Assembly (NCBI GenBank): GCA_964016885.1
Contig: OZ024740.1
Span: forward strand, 171,430,001-171,494,000
Reading direction: 5' to 3'
DNA length: 64,000 nt
From: Eledone cirrhosa
Lineage: Eukaryota
A program made the position numbers and the translations under genes. The number at the start of each line of letters is the position of its first letter. The first letter of the stretch is position 1. The notes beneath the pieces are model-generated. The model made no database searches, had not been told where the DNA came from, and worked only from the letters and a program-made list of their open reading frames with translations. Positions 15,887 through 27,348 of this stretch are shown one piece after another.

Positions 15887-15904
15887 GGGGAGGGAAACAG
15901 AATA
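15887..15904 (+). CDS. DYRK1A: Candidate 18-nt phase-1 microexon of DYRK1 (GGGKQN)
   Basis: tacag|GGGGAGGGAAACAGAATA|GTAAGT. Frame-preserving; joining to 27149 gives ...GGGKQNSGHARSD, resembling vertebrate ...TSNSGRARSD. Confidence 0.6.
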
Positions 15905-17234
15905 GTAAGTTCTTAACTATATAATACATCTAGTTTATGTTCCTTTCTGTTGATGTTATTCTTTTTGATAAGTGAAAGTGAGATGTTTATACAAACAAGT
16001 CTGGCCATTAAAAAAAACAGATAGAAGTGATAATCATTATTCTATTTTACAAACTAGTTTTAAGAAAAACTCTTCAGTTGCCTTATTTTGGGTTTTTTTT
16101 ACTTTTTATTTCTTTTTACTTCTGAAATATAATCTCCAGTTCATAGCAATTAAATAACAAACTAAATGTAAGCCACAGAACTAACAAGCCAAGATAAAAA
16201 AAAATTAAACATTTTAAAAATGAACTATTGTACTTCTGAATTTATCCAGCACCAAATTATAATTTTTAATTGAATATGTGTTTCAACATTTTATTGACAT
16301 TCAACTCTCAGGCAGAATTTATAAAGAACATTTTACCACTTGTTAATAGTTTCTGATTCTTTTCTAATGCTAAACAGTGTGCTGTCCATTAGTGTGTGTG
16401 TTTTTTATCTGTTTATTTTGAAATTGTTCTCTTTAAAATGTTTGCTTTGTGTGTTTTTTCTTAAATACCTTGCTGCCAAATCAGCTTCTACTTTACTGTA
16501 TAGTAGAAATAAGATGTTTTTATTAATTGTACGATATATCAGTCTTGAAAGTGTTTAGACAACATTTGGTTTTGCTTAAAATCGTTTTTTGTCTGAGGCC
16601 TTATTGAAAGATTTTAGTATAAACTCTGAACAATGTGCTATCATTTATCTACTCAGTTTTAAAAATTTCAATCAAATATGCCCTCCCATATCATTTTCGT
16701 TGGCTTTATTGACAATTTTGTTTCTTGATTTCAATTGATATAAAGAATTCAGCTTTGGCATAAAAGCAGTTAAAATAGCAAAAGAAAAAATATTAATTGC
16801 TATCTTGATCAACTTTAGATGTTCTCCTTTCAGTAGAAACATGCAACAAAGCTTATAGAGCTGTAAATGTTTAGGAATTAGCTTCAAAGATTGTTATACA
16901 CTCAAAAGGAACTACTGAAAGCTGATATTCAAGGAAATTGTTTTAAAATGTAGAATGTTTCAGAGTAATCTTGTGCACTATTAAAATATCTCTTGCCAAA
17001 AAATACTCATGGTTTGGCACTGATGAAAAAATTGTTTGCTAACCCTTTTAACAATGATTTCATTGAAATCACTACTGAGCTGTAGAGATGGCAATAAATA
17101 AAGCATCAAACAATATTAGAAGTAGTAATAATTCACTACTATGAAGCCTAAAATGCTATTTATCAACATAAGAAAAAGGACTATACCTGGTTTTTTAATG
17201 TACTGTAACAAATTTTGATAACATGAGGATTTCA

Positions 17235-17670
17235 TTAAACTGCCAGTTTTATATTCTGGAAAAAGTTTTGCTTTATTGCCAAATTGAAAGTGGAAAGAGT
17301 AGCCATGTAGAACTTATTTTCATCTTTGAAAGTTAGGCAGTTGACTGTCCTGAAACTAATGATCCCAGGACCTTCCTTGCTTTCCATGATATGAAAGGCA
17401 AAAAGCAAATCACTGCTGTGCCTCAACAACCGAAATGCAACTGACTGCCTTCCAATTTTTTCAGCATGGTCCACTGAAAGAGAAAGGATCCGTCCACGAG
17501 GTTTTGTTCCACATAACGGTTTGTTTCGTCGATGATATATGTCCCAAAGATCGAATCCCTCTGAAGAAAATCTGGAAAAATCTTACAGGTTTTTGCCATC
17601 TCTAATATTTCCCTCTTTCTCTCTTTCCGTTTAATGTGCTGCAAAGAACACCAAAAGATAGCTCCCAACT
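17235..17670 (-). mobile_element. Possible decayed piggyBac (PGBD-like) transposase remnant
   Basis: Minus ORF contains PDFLQRDSIFGTYIIDETNRYVEQN...QWT, similar to the IVxETNRYAxQ...W motif of piggyBac transposases. Confidence 0.35.
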
Positions 17671-19698
17671 AACTATGAGAATGCATGCTTCTCACCTATT
17701 GGGCAGGAAAATGGGTTATTATCTAGCTACATATGGTCAGAGTCACTTTCTGGTCTCTACAATGGTTTGACTTTCTGTTGGTATAGTCATACTTTCAATC
17801 CATCTACTTTTCTGGCTTGAGAATGGCTGGCAATTACAATGATCAAAAGAACATTACCTTTTGATAATTTGTCAGCTGATCAGATAGGTATTGAACACTG
17901 TGGAAAGAGGGACATTATTTCTTTGCATTCATGTTAATGTTGTTTGACTTGATTACCACTCACATTAATTCAATGACTCGATGTATTCATTGATGCATTT
18001 TCTCTAATTCTCTCACTAATTCACCTCTAGTACAAATATTGTACACTCTGACTTCCATTCCCTTCCCACTGCCTAGCTTTTTGCATGCAATCTGCATGCT
18101 TCTTGCCATTTAAAAAAAATTCTTTATTATTTTTTATTTTGTATGTTTCATTCTCAATATCATAAAAGAATATTACAAAGCTTAAAGATTCATTTTAATT
18201 TTCTATTGAACTGATTTCTGCTTAATTCAAACTGATTTTGATACAGCCTATGTGTTGTTGGTATTTGTCAGTTTTATTCTTAAGTATAATTAATATAGCC
18301 ATTACAAGAGAAATGTCCTAATTTACTAACTGATACAAACATTGTCAGAGATGTGTTCTAATCTGTTGGCTAATTATATTAGAATACTGTCTCCAATTTT
18401 AGGAAAATGGCCTCAGACTAATTTTTAATTTTCCCTAAATTATGTCATGTTTTACTTAAAACTGCTTCCTATTTAAATTGACAGAACTAATAAGGACAAG
18501 CTAATCAAACCAACTCTAATTTTCAGAAAACCAAAGCTATTTTAGATTACTGGCTTTAATGGTTATGGGGATTGGAAATGAAGTTGAACTTTATTATGAT
18601 TTGTAAAGCATATTTTTAGTGTAGTCAATGTAAGTTAGAGATAGTTGAAAAAGGAGTTTCTTGAAGGTGCTTACACATCACATGCCACTGATTCTATTAA
18701 TAATGTTTGAAATATAAAATCTTGAAAATGACAAAGTAGATTAGTTTAATCCAGACTTGATTTGGCAATAATTTCAGTCTCTTCTTAGATTGGCTATAGA
18801 AATATATGCAAATTTGAGCTACTGTTTGCTGACAGATTTTCCTTTGTGAAATAGAATTTAATTAGATTGATCAAGTAGAGGGAAATGATGTTGGAAAAGA
18901 CCCGTCCAACCCATGCAAATATGAAAAACAGACATACAGGATGATTATGATGATTTAATTACTATTAATCACTATTAACTCAACCTACATAACTAGATCA
19001 TTTGTGTTGTTTTCTCTGTTTAAATTATCATTTCTTGATGTTTCTTAATCAGACTAGGTTTGCATGGAATCTAATAGAAGTATCTTTACACTATATATAT
19101 AAAGTAGTGTGAGAGTGATGTATAAAGTAAGTCTGACTCATTTATTGTTGATATATATATAAGTATATTGTCATATTCATATTGTAATCCCATATATAAA
19201 TGTGTTATGTTTGAGAATAATTACAAGCTGTTCTTGTAGCTGGAAGAAAAATGACAAATGATTAGATTATGAAGATATTGCAAGAGAAATAAAACTAGCC
19301 ATATTCAAAGTAGTGGTTACTGCTAGATAAAAGAGAAACTTATAGCAATTTTGATATATGATTGAAATACTATCTACCATGTTCGTTTTTAGTAGATAGC
19401 TTCTACTGTAGCTCTTGTCTTTCAAAGAAATGGATTTGACATGCAATAAAACTTTTATTTGCATTAAAATAAAACAGAACTTGTGTTTCAGAGAAAAGGA
19501 TCAAAATCGATATTGAGAAGTATAAAAGTTGATTTATATAAAAATATGTATATATAACATGGAATGACTTGTAAACACATTACTTGTTTTCTTTATCTAG
19601 CTAACTTCAAAATGTCACAGTTAAATGATTATATCAAGCCATAGAGCACAGAGATATGTGCACTTAGAAAAAGCTATAAATGTATCTTTGTGTGGTAC

Positions 19699-19810
19699 AA
19701 AAATGGCCTTAAAATGCTTCTTGTTGTATCTCAGATTGCAAGGATTATTTTATCTAAATTAATATAACCCTTGCAATTTGAGGTACAACAAGCATTTTAA
19801 GGCCATTTTT
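19699..19810. repeat. Near-perfect inverted repeat (~50-bp arms, short loop)
   Basis: AAAAATGGCCTTAAAATGCTTcttGTTGTATCTCAGATTGCAAGGATTAT ... ATAACCCTTGCAATTTGAGGTACAACAAGCATTTTAAGGCCATTTTT. Confidence 0.92.
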
Positions 19811-20855
19811 CCTGATAAAGGAGGAGTTAACCTTGTGTGCTCCATGACAAGCTTCTCCATTTTATTCTATCATCTGCATTCCCCCTTCACCAATCCCCTG
19901 ATTTTCATTTCCTCCTAGAATTTGAGATGAGCAATGTTTTTTTTTTTTTTAATAAAGGTATGTTTAAAATGTTATATATTTCTATTCTTCACCTCAGTTC
20001 TAGGTATGTTGAAAATGAGCTAAAAGTAGTAATCAAATCTCCCTCATATCATACTCTACTCTCTTAACAATTAGTCACATTAGATATTATGCCTGAAAAG
20101 AGTATGATCACAAGCTAGAATACCTTTAGTTATATGGATTTGCTCAATCGAGGCTGACTACAACCACCCCAGTTCTATCTTTTATCTAAATTATCTTTAA
20201 TTTCAACAAAAAGCAGCAGTCCCTATAATCTAATCAATACCATAGGCAGAACGATATGGATGTATTGAGTTTGAACTTTTGTATTCTAGTGGCTGGAGGG
20301 AAAGTATGTGCCAAAAGGAGTTTCAAATAGGGGCAGTTCTGAATATGAAAGATTCTTTCTTTTTTTATTTCCATTTTGTGCCACATTGTATGCAGGCTGT
20401 CTGGACAATTTCAGTATCATAACAGTTTTTCTATGAGAAGAGGTTGCTAGCTCCTCACTCAACCCTTCTCCATTTCCGAAGAATGGGACGCTATGAGTGG
20501 TTTTTCACAATCCTTCTAATAGCAAAACAGCCCATTCTGAAAGGTGTACATGATTGGTGCTTTATTTATTGACCCCAGAAGGCTGAAAGGCTAAGTTGAC
20601 CTCAGGGGGCTTTGAGCACAGAGAGCTGGAATAAATACCACAAGGCATTCTATCTCACACTAACAATTTTACAAATGTGCTGTCTGTTATGAAAATTTGG
20701 GCTGTTTGACCCTTTTATAACCATATTTCTAATGAAATGCACTGTATTTCAGTTAATTAAAGTAAAATTTGAAGTGATTTACTAAAATTATTAATTATTT
20801 CATTATTAAGATGATATTTGTAATGTAACTTAACAAATACTTCTTATATAAAATT

Positions 20856-21552
20856 ATAATAATAATAATGAAATTATTGTGTAAAGTGCTCAGGTGCACT
20901 ACAACTCGTCAAAGGTGCATGTATAGTACATAGAATAATATACAAATGTCAGGGAAGTGAATAGTGTACGAGTCATCATATACATGTGTGTATGTGTATG
21001 GAGGGGGAATATTAGGTGTAGTGTTGGCGAATCTCAGGAAGCATGGAGGTTTTAAAGGATGCAGTGTCTCGACAGCTAACAACTGATGCAGGTAGTTTGT
21101 TCCATGCTTCAGCAACTCCGAGCGTGAAAAAATGTTTCCGAAAGTCATGGGAACTGTGCTGTTTTCTGACTTAGTGGGCATGCCCACGTGTGTTAGACAC
21201 ATGGAAATCAAAAAGGTACTCAGGGTTGTTGTTGGCAAGATGGTTAATAATTTTGTGGGTATTCACCAAATCAGTTGCCAGGCGTCAGAGCTTCAATATA
21301 TCCATGCCCAGGGAAGCAAGGCGTTCAGAGTATGGTAGATGCCTGATGGAGGGTATACGCTTGGTTGCACATCTCTGAACAGTTTCCAGGAGGTCAATGT
21401 TCTGAGCAAGATAGGGGTTCCAGACTGGTGATGCAAATTCTAAGTGTGGCCGCACCATAGCTATGTACAGCTTTAAATAGTTAACTGGAGAATGGCTGAC
21501 AAAGGTCTTGCTGAGTGATGCTAAGACACCCTCGGCCTTCTTGACATGTTAG
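20856..21552 (-). mobile_element. CR1-clade LINE 3' fragment inserted in a piggyBac-like MITE (20708-21625)
   Basis: Minus strand reads LYIAMVRPHLEFASPVWNPYL...LETVQRCATK...LPYSERL...NTRGH...FFTLGVAEAWNKLP; (ATT)n tail. Flanks are the two halves of MITE family A, ending GGGTTAA. Confidence 0.88.
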
Positions 21553-23796
21553 ATGGTTTTAAATAGGTGGTTTTGCTTCATAGAACCAGAGGCAGTTTTA
21601 ATCGGGTTGGTATCAAAAGGGTTAATAGAGGTGATTGAAGAAAGATATAAGCATTGGTGGATGTTGTTCAGAAGTGCAGGGATGGAATTAATAAACAATA
21701 AAAAAGACAGTAAAGATACTGCATGTCAGTGGACTAATAGTTATAGTGTATTGGTAATTGAAGGCATTCTTATCAAGAAGATCACTATTTTTGTATGATG
21801 GTTACCCACTAATCTTTTATCTATATGATTTATCTTGTTTGTGTTGTTATTTGAAATTTGTAATTTAAACATATTCAGTATAAATTAACCCTTTAGCATT
21901 TACATTACTCTCTATAAACTATTGTATTTTTGTGGTAAAGGCTTTATCTTACATAATATTGAATCTATGAAATTTTGATGTTATTTATTTTGAGAACAAT
22001 ACCTTAGCGTCAGTATTAGCAGCCCGTTATGGCCAGTTTAAACAGAAAGAGGTGAGAGAATTCTGACCGGTTTAAATGCTATCATTATAAAAATATTTTT
22101 TAGAGCAGGAGATTGGCAGAATCGTTAGTGCATCAGATGAAATACATTATAATCATTAAGGCCTTTTACATTCTGAGTTCAAATTTGCTTTTCATCCTTC
22201 TAAGGTTCATAAAGGTTCATAAAATAAAGTACTAGTCAATTACTGGGATTTATATAATAGACTTTCCCCTTCCCATAAAATTGTGAACCTTGTGCTTAAA
22301 TTAGAAATCATTATTAAAAGGTTAATTTTGCCTTTCATCCTTACGGGGTCGATTAAATAAAGTACCAGTAATACATTGGAATAATTGCTGGCCTTGTGCC
22401 AAAAGTAGAAACAATTATTAAAAGATTTTTGAATTAATATGTAATGTTTTTTATTTGACTAAAATGGGAACATTAAATAACATTTTCTTCAAACTACTCT
22501 ACTACCATTTTTTTATCTCTAAAGTGTATGTTCTGTTTTTTTTTATTCCTTAGCTAATCAGCATATGATATCGATATTGGAAGGAAACATTTGAACTCCC
22601 TCTGGTGGAGTTTATGAAACAAAGATATCAATATCACTAGTTTTTCTGTGAAGAGCTAGTGATATTACATAAGTTAATTAGTAAAACATAATTTCAGAAG
22701 AGAAAAAAAAAATCAATAATGAATATGGTAGTTTAGATAGAGTGTAGTAATCCTATTAGTTGTGAAAACGTCAGATGTTAAATTACATCAACTATCTTGT
22801 GAAGTCTTGTAATTCATCGCATAATTTCTTTTGATTTGGATGGCTACTTATAATTCCACACACATCTTTTCCAGTGAACAGATGAGTGTACATCTACAAC
22901 AAAGAAATAAATCATTGGCATACTGTTATAAAATTTGAGAATCGTTTTATGTTCTTTGTTTGTTTTTTGTTCTTTTTTTTCTTTTCTTTTTTCTGTATGC
23001 ATTTAAAATGGCTGCTTTGATTCTGAAATTTTCAAAAAATTCCATATATATTATATATACATGTACTTGCTCTTTTCCTGAATAATATGTGCTTATAAGT
23101 TTGATGTTAAGATGAGTTGATTATTTTGACTTCTTATTGGTGGTTCATAAATTTTACTTTCTGTCTTTGAGAAACTATATTATATTACAATCAATTTTGG
23201 TGCCTTTCACTTCTATGAAATATTTCTGTGATATAATAATTTGCTATTAGTGTTCCCCTCTATATATATGTTCATAGAAACATTTTTCTTTGTAAGTCAC
23301 ACTTTTATAGTAGTAAAGACTTCTTTGTGTCTGTAAATCATATTTCTATCTTATAGGCTTTTTTATATATGTGGGATATATTTCTATAATATTAGTCTGT
23401 TTTCATTGAATTATTTCCTTGTATGGTGTGTCATATGATAGAAAGAGGGGCATTTCCTTTGAAATTCTTCTGAATAACACTGATGAATTAATTTGCATGA
23501 AAGAACAACTAACATTACAAATTACCATTGCTTCCTTGTTACTTAATTATATAAACAAGGTTAATGTTATACCATCCCTTTTACATCTACCTGGACAGCT
23601 GTATAACATCCATTCATCATTACTTCTCATAAATTATTGAGCTGATAACAGCTTTTACACTGGACAGGAAATCAGTTATTATTTCATTAGAATTTGTCTC
23701 TTGGCCATTTCTTTGTGTAATTGATGGCTATATTGTTTGACTAGAAACTTCTCACAGTTCTTGTAAATATTCTGCTTATTTTCTGTTCCCTTGTAG

Positions 23797-23874
23797 CTCC
23801 ACCATCGTCATCGGTGTCAGTATCCCGGCGGGACAAATCCTTCATCCAACTATCCAGGACAAGTTAACATTCAG
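23797..23874 (+). CDS. DYRK1A: Candidate 78-nt cassette exon of DYRK1 with an in-frame stop (alternative C-terminus or poison exon)
   Basis: ttttctgttcccttgtag acceptor, CAG|GTTAGG donor, GC/CpG-rich patch in an AT-rich intron. Phase-1 frame reads (A/T)PPSSSVSVSRRDKSFIQLSRTS with TAA at 23865-23867. Confidence 0.5.
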
Positions 23875-24859
23875 GTTAGGCTGATTTCTGGTGTATTTCT
23901 TGATCCATGCTACTAATAACAACTAATAGCAAACATCTTGCTTCTCTTCTTGTGAGTGTACTTGTAAGGATACACACATTTTAGGGCATACACTTGCCCA
24001 CTTGGCAAATTTTCAGATTTATGTACATACATTTACATAAATGCATTTATTAGTTCCTATAGAATATTTCTTAATGCCTCTCTCTTGCTAGTTTTCAGAC
24101 AATAGTGTATGCCTTTTTGCAGTGACATTAGTTGTATCAATTTGGGGCTTTGGCAACCAGCTGGGAAAAGTTTGTCACTGTAAACAATTAAATGAAAGGA
24201 ATATAAATGTACACTCCGTTACTGTGGTAGCTGTGCAGAGATTAGATATAAAATGGGAACATATTTTTTTAATGCAAACTTTTTACTGTATTTCTTTATT
24301 TCTTATTAATGGCTAGTATGTAGCTATCAATTGTATGTGTACAAAAAGAAAGAGAAAATCTTAGAACTTCTCATGAAGTATCAAATTAGAAATTATAATT
24401 GCCAATCGTAAAGACAATGTAACTTCATGGTTTTATAAAGCTTCTCCTTTCCTTACTAACATGGAAAATGGACGTTAGATGATGATGATATATATATATA
24501 TATATAATGCAATTTTCAATTACATGAAAAGCCTTAGCAGATACTGATAGGATTATACATGATCAAGATGTGTTAAAGCAAATAAGCTTTGTGTTAACAG
24601 GAATAATAAAAGTATACTATGATATAGATGTCTGTTTGGAGGGAGATGCAATGCAAAAAAGAACATCAAGAAGAAAGATTTATTATATAAAAAATGTAAT
24701 TATAGTTCTCTCCATTTAAAAATATTCTTGAGGAGACTTGAATATTTTCTTTGATGATAAATAGTTTAAACATGTTCCAGAGAAGATTAGTAGCAGTCTT
24801 ATTACACAATAATCAGCATGTTATCTTGGGACTAAACAGAAGAACTCAGCTACAGTTAG

Positions 24860-25250
24860 CTAGTAACTTGGAAGCAAATAACAAAGATATATTATGGTAG
24901 GATTATGGGATCAATGGACAGCTTCTTGTCGCCCTGAAGTCTCTATACGAATGCCCTAGTATTTGTATTGGATAAATGGTTTTAAGTCGTACAGTTTGGG
25001 AGTTGTACTATCACCTCTCCTATTCATAATCTTCATGCACAAGATTGACAGGCACAGTCAGATTAGAAGTGGTATCAAGACTGACAGGTGTAGGATCAGT
25101 CAGATGGAATTTGAAGACGACATGGTACTACTTAAACTCATCGGAAGGTGGTCTCTGACGTGCACTTGATAGGTTTGGTGCCAAGTGCTGCACAATGCAC
25201 TTTACATGTGAGTGGATTTCCACTGAAGCAGGTGAAGTTCAACTTCAAAA
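24860..25250 (+). mobile_element. Old RTE-type LINE RT fragment
   Basis: GVVLSPLLFIIFMHKID...EFEDDMVLL; related to 36880-37760. Confidence 0.6.
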
Positions 25251-27148
25251 TATTTCATGGAAATTACGCCTACCTGTGAATATTTTTTTGATGATTTGTG
25301 TTCAGTCAAAATTTGTTGTTTCAAAGATAAAAAAAGAAGCCATCTGTCTAGGAATGTAGCTAGTGTATTAACATCTTATCCTGCTAAAGCAGAAGTTAAC
25401 ATTGTAGTTCCCATGAAATGCTTCATACTCATTATGGGGTCCTTTTTTAAGCAGTGATATCAACCAGATTTCCTTCCTGGCTTCAACCTTTTTAGTTGCT
25501 TCTTACAACATGCAAGGATACGGTGTGCTGATTCTTAACTAGATACACACAGCCAACTATCAATCAAGGAATATGTGGTATTTCTTCTTTTGTAATTACC
25601 CCCTGGTGTTGCCATTCTTTTCTTTCTATTTTTCTTTGTTGATTTGAATTCTTAAGGCAAATATTAGGTAACTATCATGACAGATATAAGATAGCTATCA
25701 TAACTAATATTAAGATAACCATTCACATATGCGCATTTCATCTTGAATCATGTAAATTGTTTCAATGGACCCATTAAAAGAAACCTTAACTATCCATTTG
25801 TCTTTCCCTTTCATATAGAATATCTTGAAATTTGAATTAGCAGGTTCATATTCATTTACAAAAGTTTAATCATTTCTATTTGCATTTCAACATTTGAAAC
25901 ATTTATTTAATGATATATTCTCTTCTTTGTCTTCTCTTGCATCATTTTGAATTTTCTTTATAATGGATGCTTGTTTGACCCGTTTTCTCTTACATCTATT
26001 TTCATCTGTTTTCACTTATTAATAACTAGAATAATATCTCTGGCATCTATTGAATCATTTGAAATTTTCTGTTTCCTAGTGGATGCTTGTTTGTCCTAAT
26101 TATGTTAATATCTTTTGTAAATATATGTGTGTGTTTTTATTTTATTTTGTTTCCATTAATCTTCTGTGTATGTCAAATATCAATCAGAAAATGTCCAACG
26201 GTTACTTTAGCACATTATGGTTTTATTAAAAAATCAAAATCATAACATTCAAGAACCACTTATTTAGTGTAAGCTAAAAGTAACATAATTTTTCCATATA
26301 TTGTCCTTGCTGCTGGTGACTTGAATGCTAAACTAATATATTTTATGATTATGGGTAACTTACCATAATGCTGAGTTTTAAAATAAAAAAACATACTGTT
26401 TGCTAAGAATTCTTAATAAATTAACAAGCTTACTACTAAATTTGTTACACCTTCAGTCGCTGCTTGTTTGGATAGCTTTTAGAGTTAAAATGGTATATTT
26501 GCAGCTTATAATATTGTCTTTGATGTAATGATGATTAAAAATATCTTTTGGTGGTCATATTTAGGGAATCTGAATTGGTAGTGTCAGTTTACTCATATGT
26601 TTAATGCATTAATAGGCATACCCTTTTTTTTTTTTAGAGTCACTTTTCATCTCTTTAGCTCTTAATGTCCTGTACTGCTCGAAACTGCATTAGCAAGACA
26701 TTTTTGAAAAGTATAAAACAGCTCTATGACTTCATCACATTAAATGTTTGAAGTCTTTTCCCTAATAAGTTACTATACATATTTGAATTAACAAACCTGT
26801 ATTTAGATTATATTTAGCACATTGAATCAGTAATTATACTGTGACTCTTTCAAATCCCAATTGATTTCTGTTTATATTTAAAACTACATATGATCATGAA
26901 AATATTGTATTGTGCTTTAAATTAGCTAGAAAACAATTAGGTTTCTACTGTCATATATATATATATATATATATCTTACTGAATTTCAATATTAATGAAA
27001 CCTCATCTCAGAAGTATCAATTAACATACCATCAAGAGGTAAATATGATGCGATAAGAAGTTAAACTTTTGATTTTGTTGCTGCTGCTGTTGTTATTGTT
27101 GTAAATCCATATTTTTTCTTTTTTTTTTCAGTGAATTTTCCCTTTTAG

Positions 27149-27348
27149 GTGGACATGCAAGATCTGATTGGACTCATCAGCATCATTTCCAGTATCAGCA
27201 TCATTGTCCTTCTGCAGTACCATGGTCTGCATTCCCCCTGATGGAGGCCGATAGAGGACACTGTATTGCCAGAGATGTAGGAGGTTATTCAAACTTCTTC
27301 TGTTTACCTGATGACCACCTTTCCCAGAGATTAGCAAGTGAATGCTAA
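27149..27348 (+). CDS. DYRK1A: DYRK1 terminal coding exon
   Basis: ttttag acceptor at 27147-27148; phase 1 matches the 12555 donor. GHARSDWTHQHHFQYQHHCPSAVPWSAFPLMEADRGHCIARDVGGYSNFFCLPDDHLSQRLASEC*; the start resembles vertebrate GRARSDPTHQHRH. TAA at 27346-27348. Confidence 0.8.

Noticed and set aside
17465-17518. 54-nt in-frame DYRK1 cassette exon (AWSTERERIRPRGFVPHN)
   Set aside because: Splice sites are plausible, but there is no homology support and the CpG content is better explained by an antisense transposase remnant.
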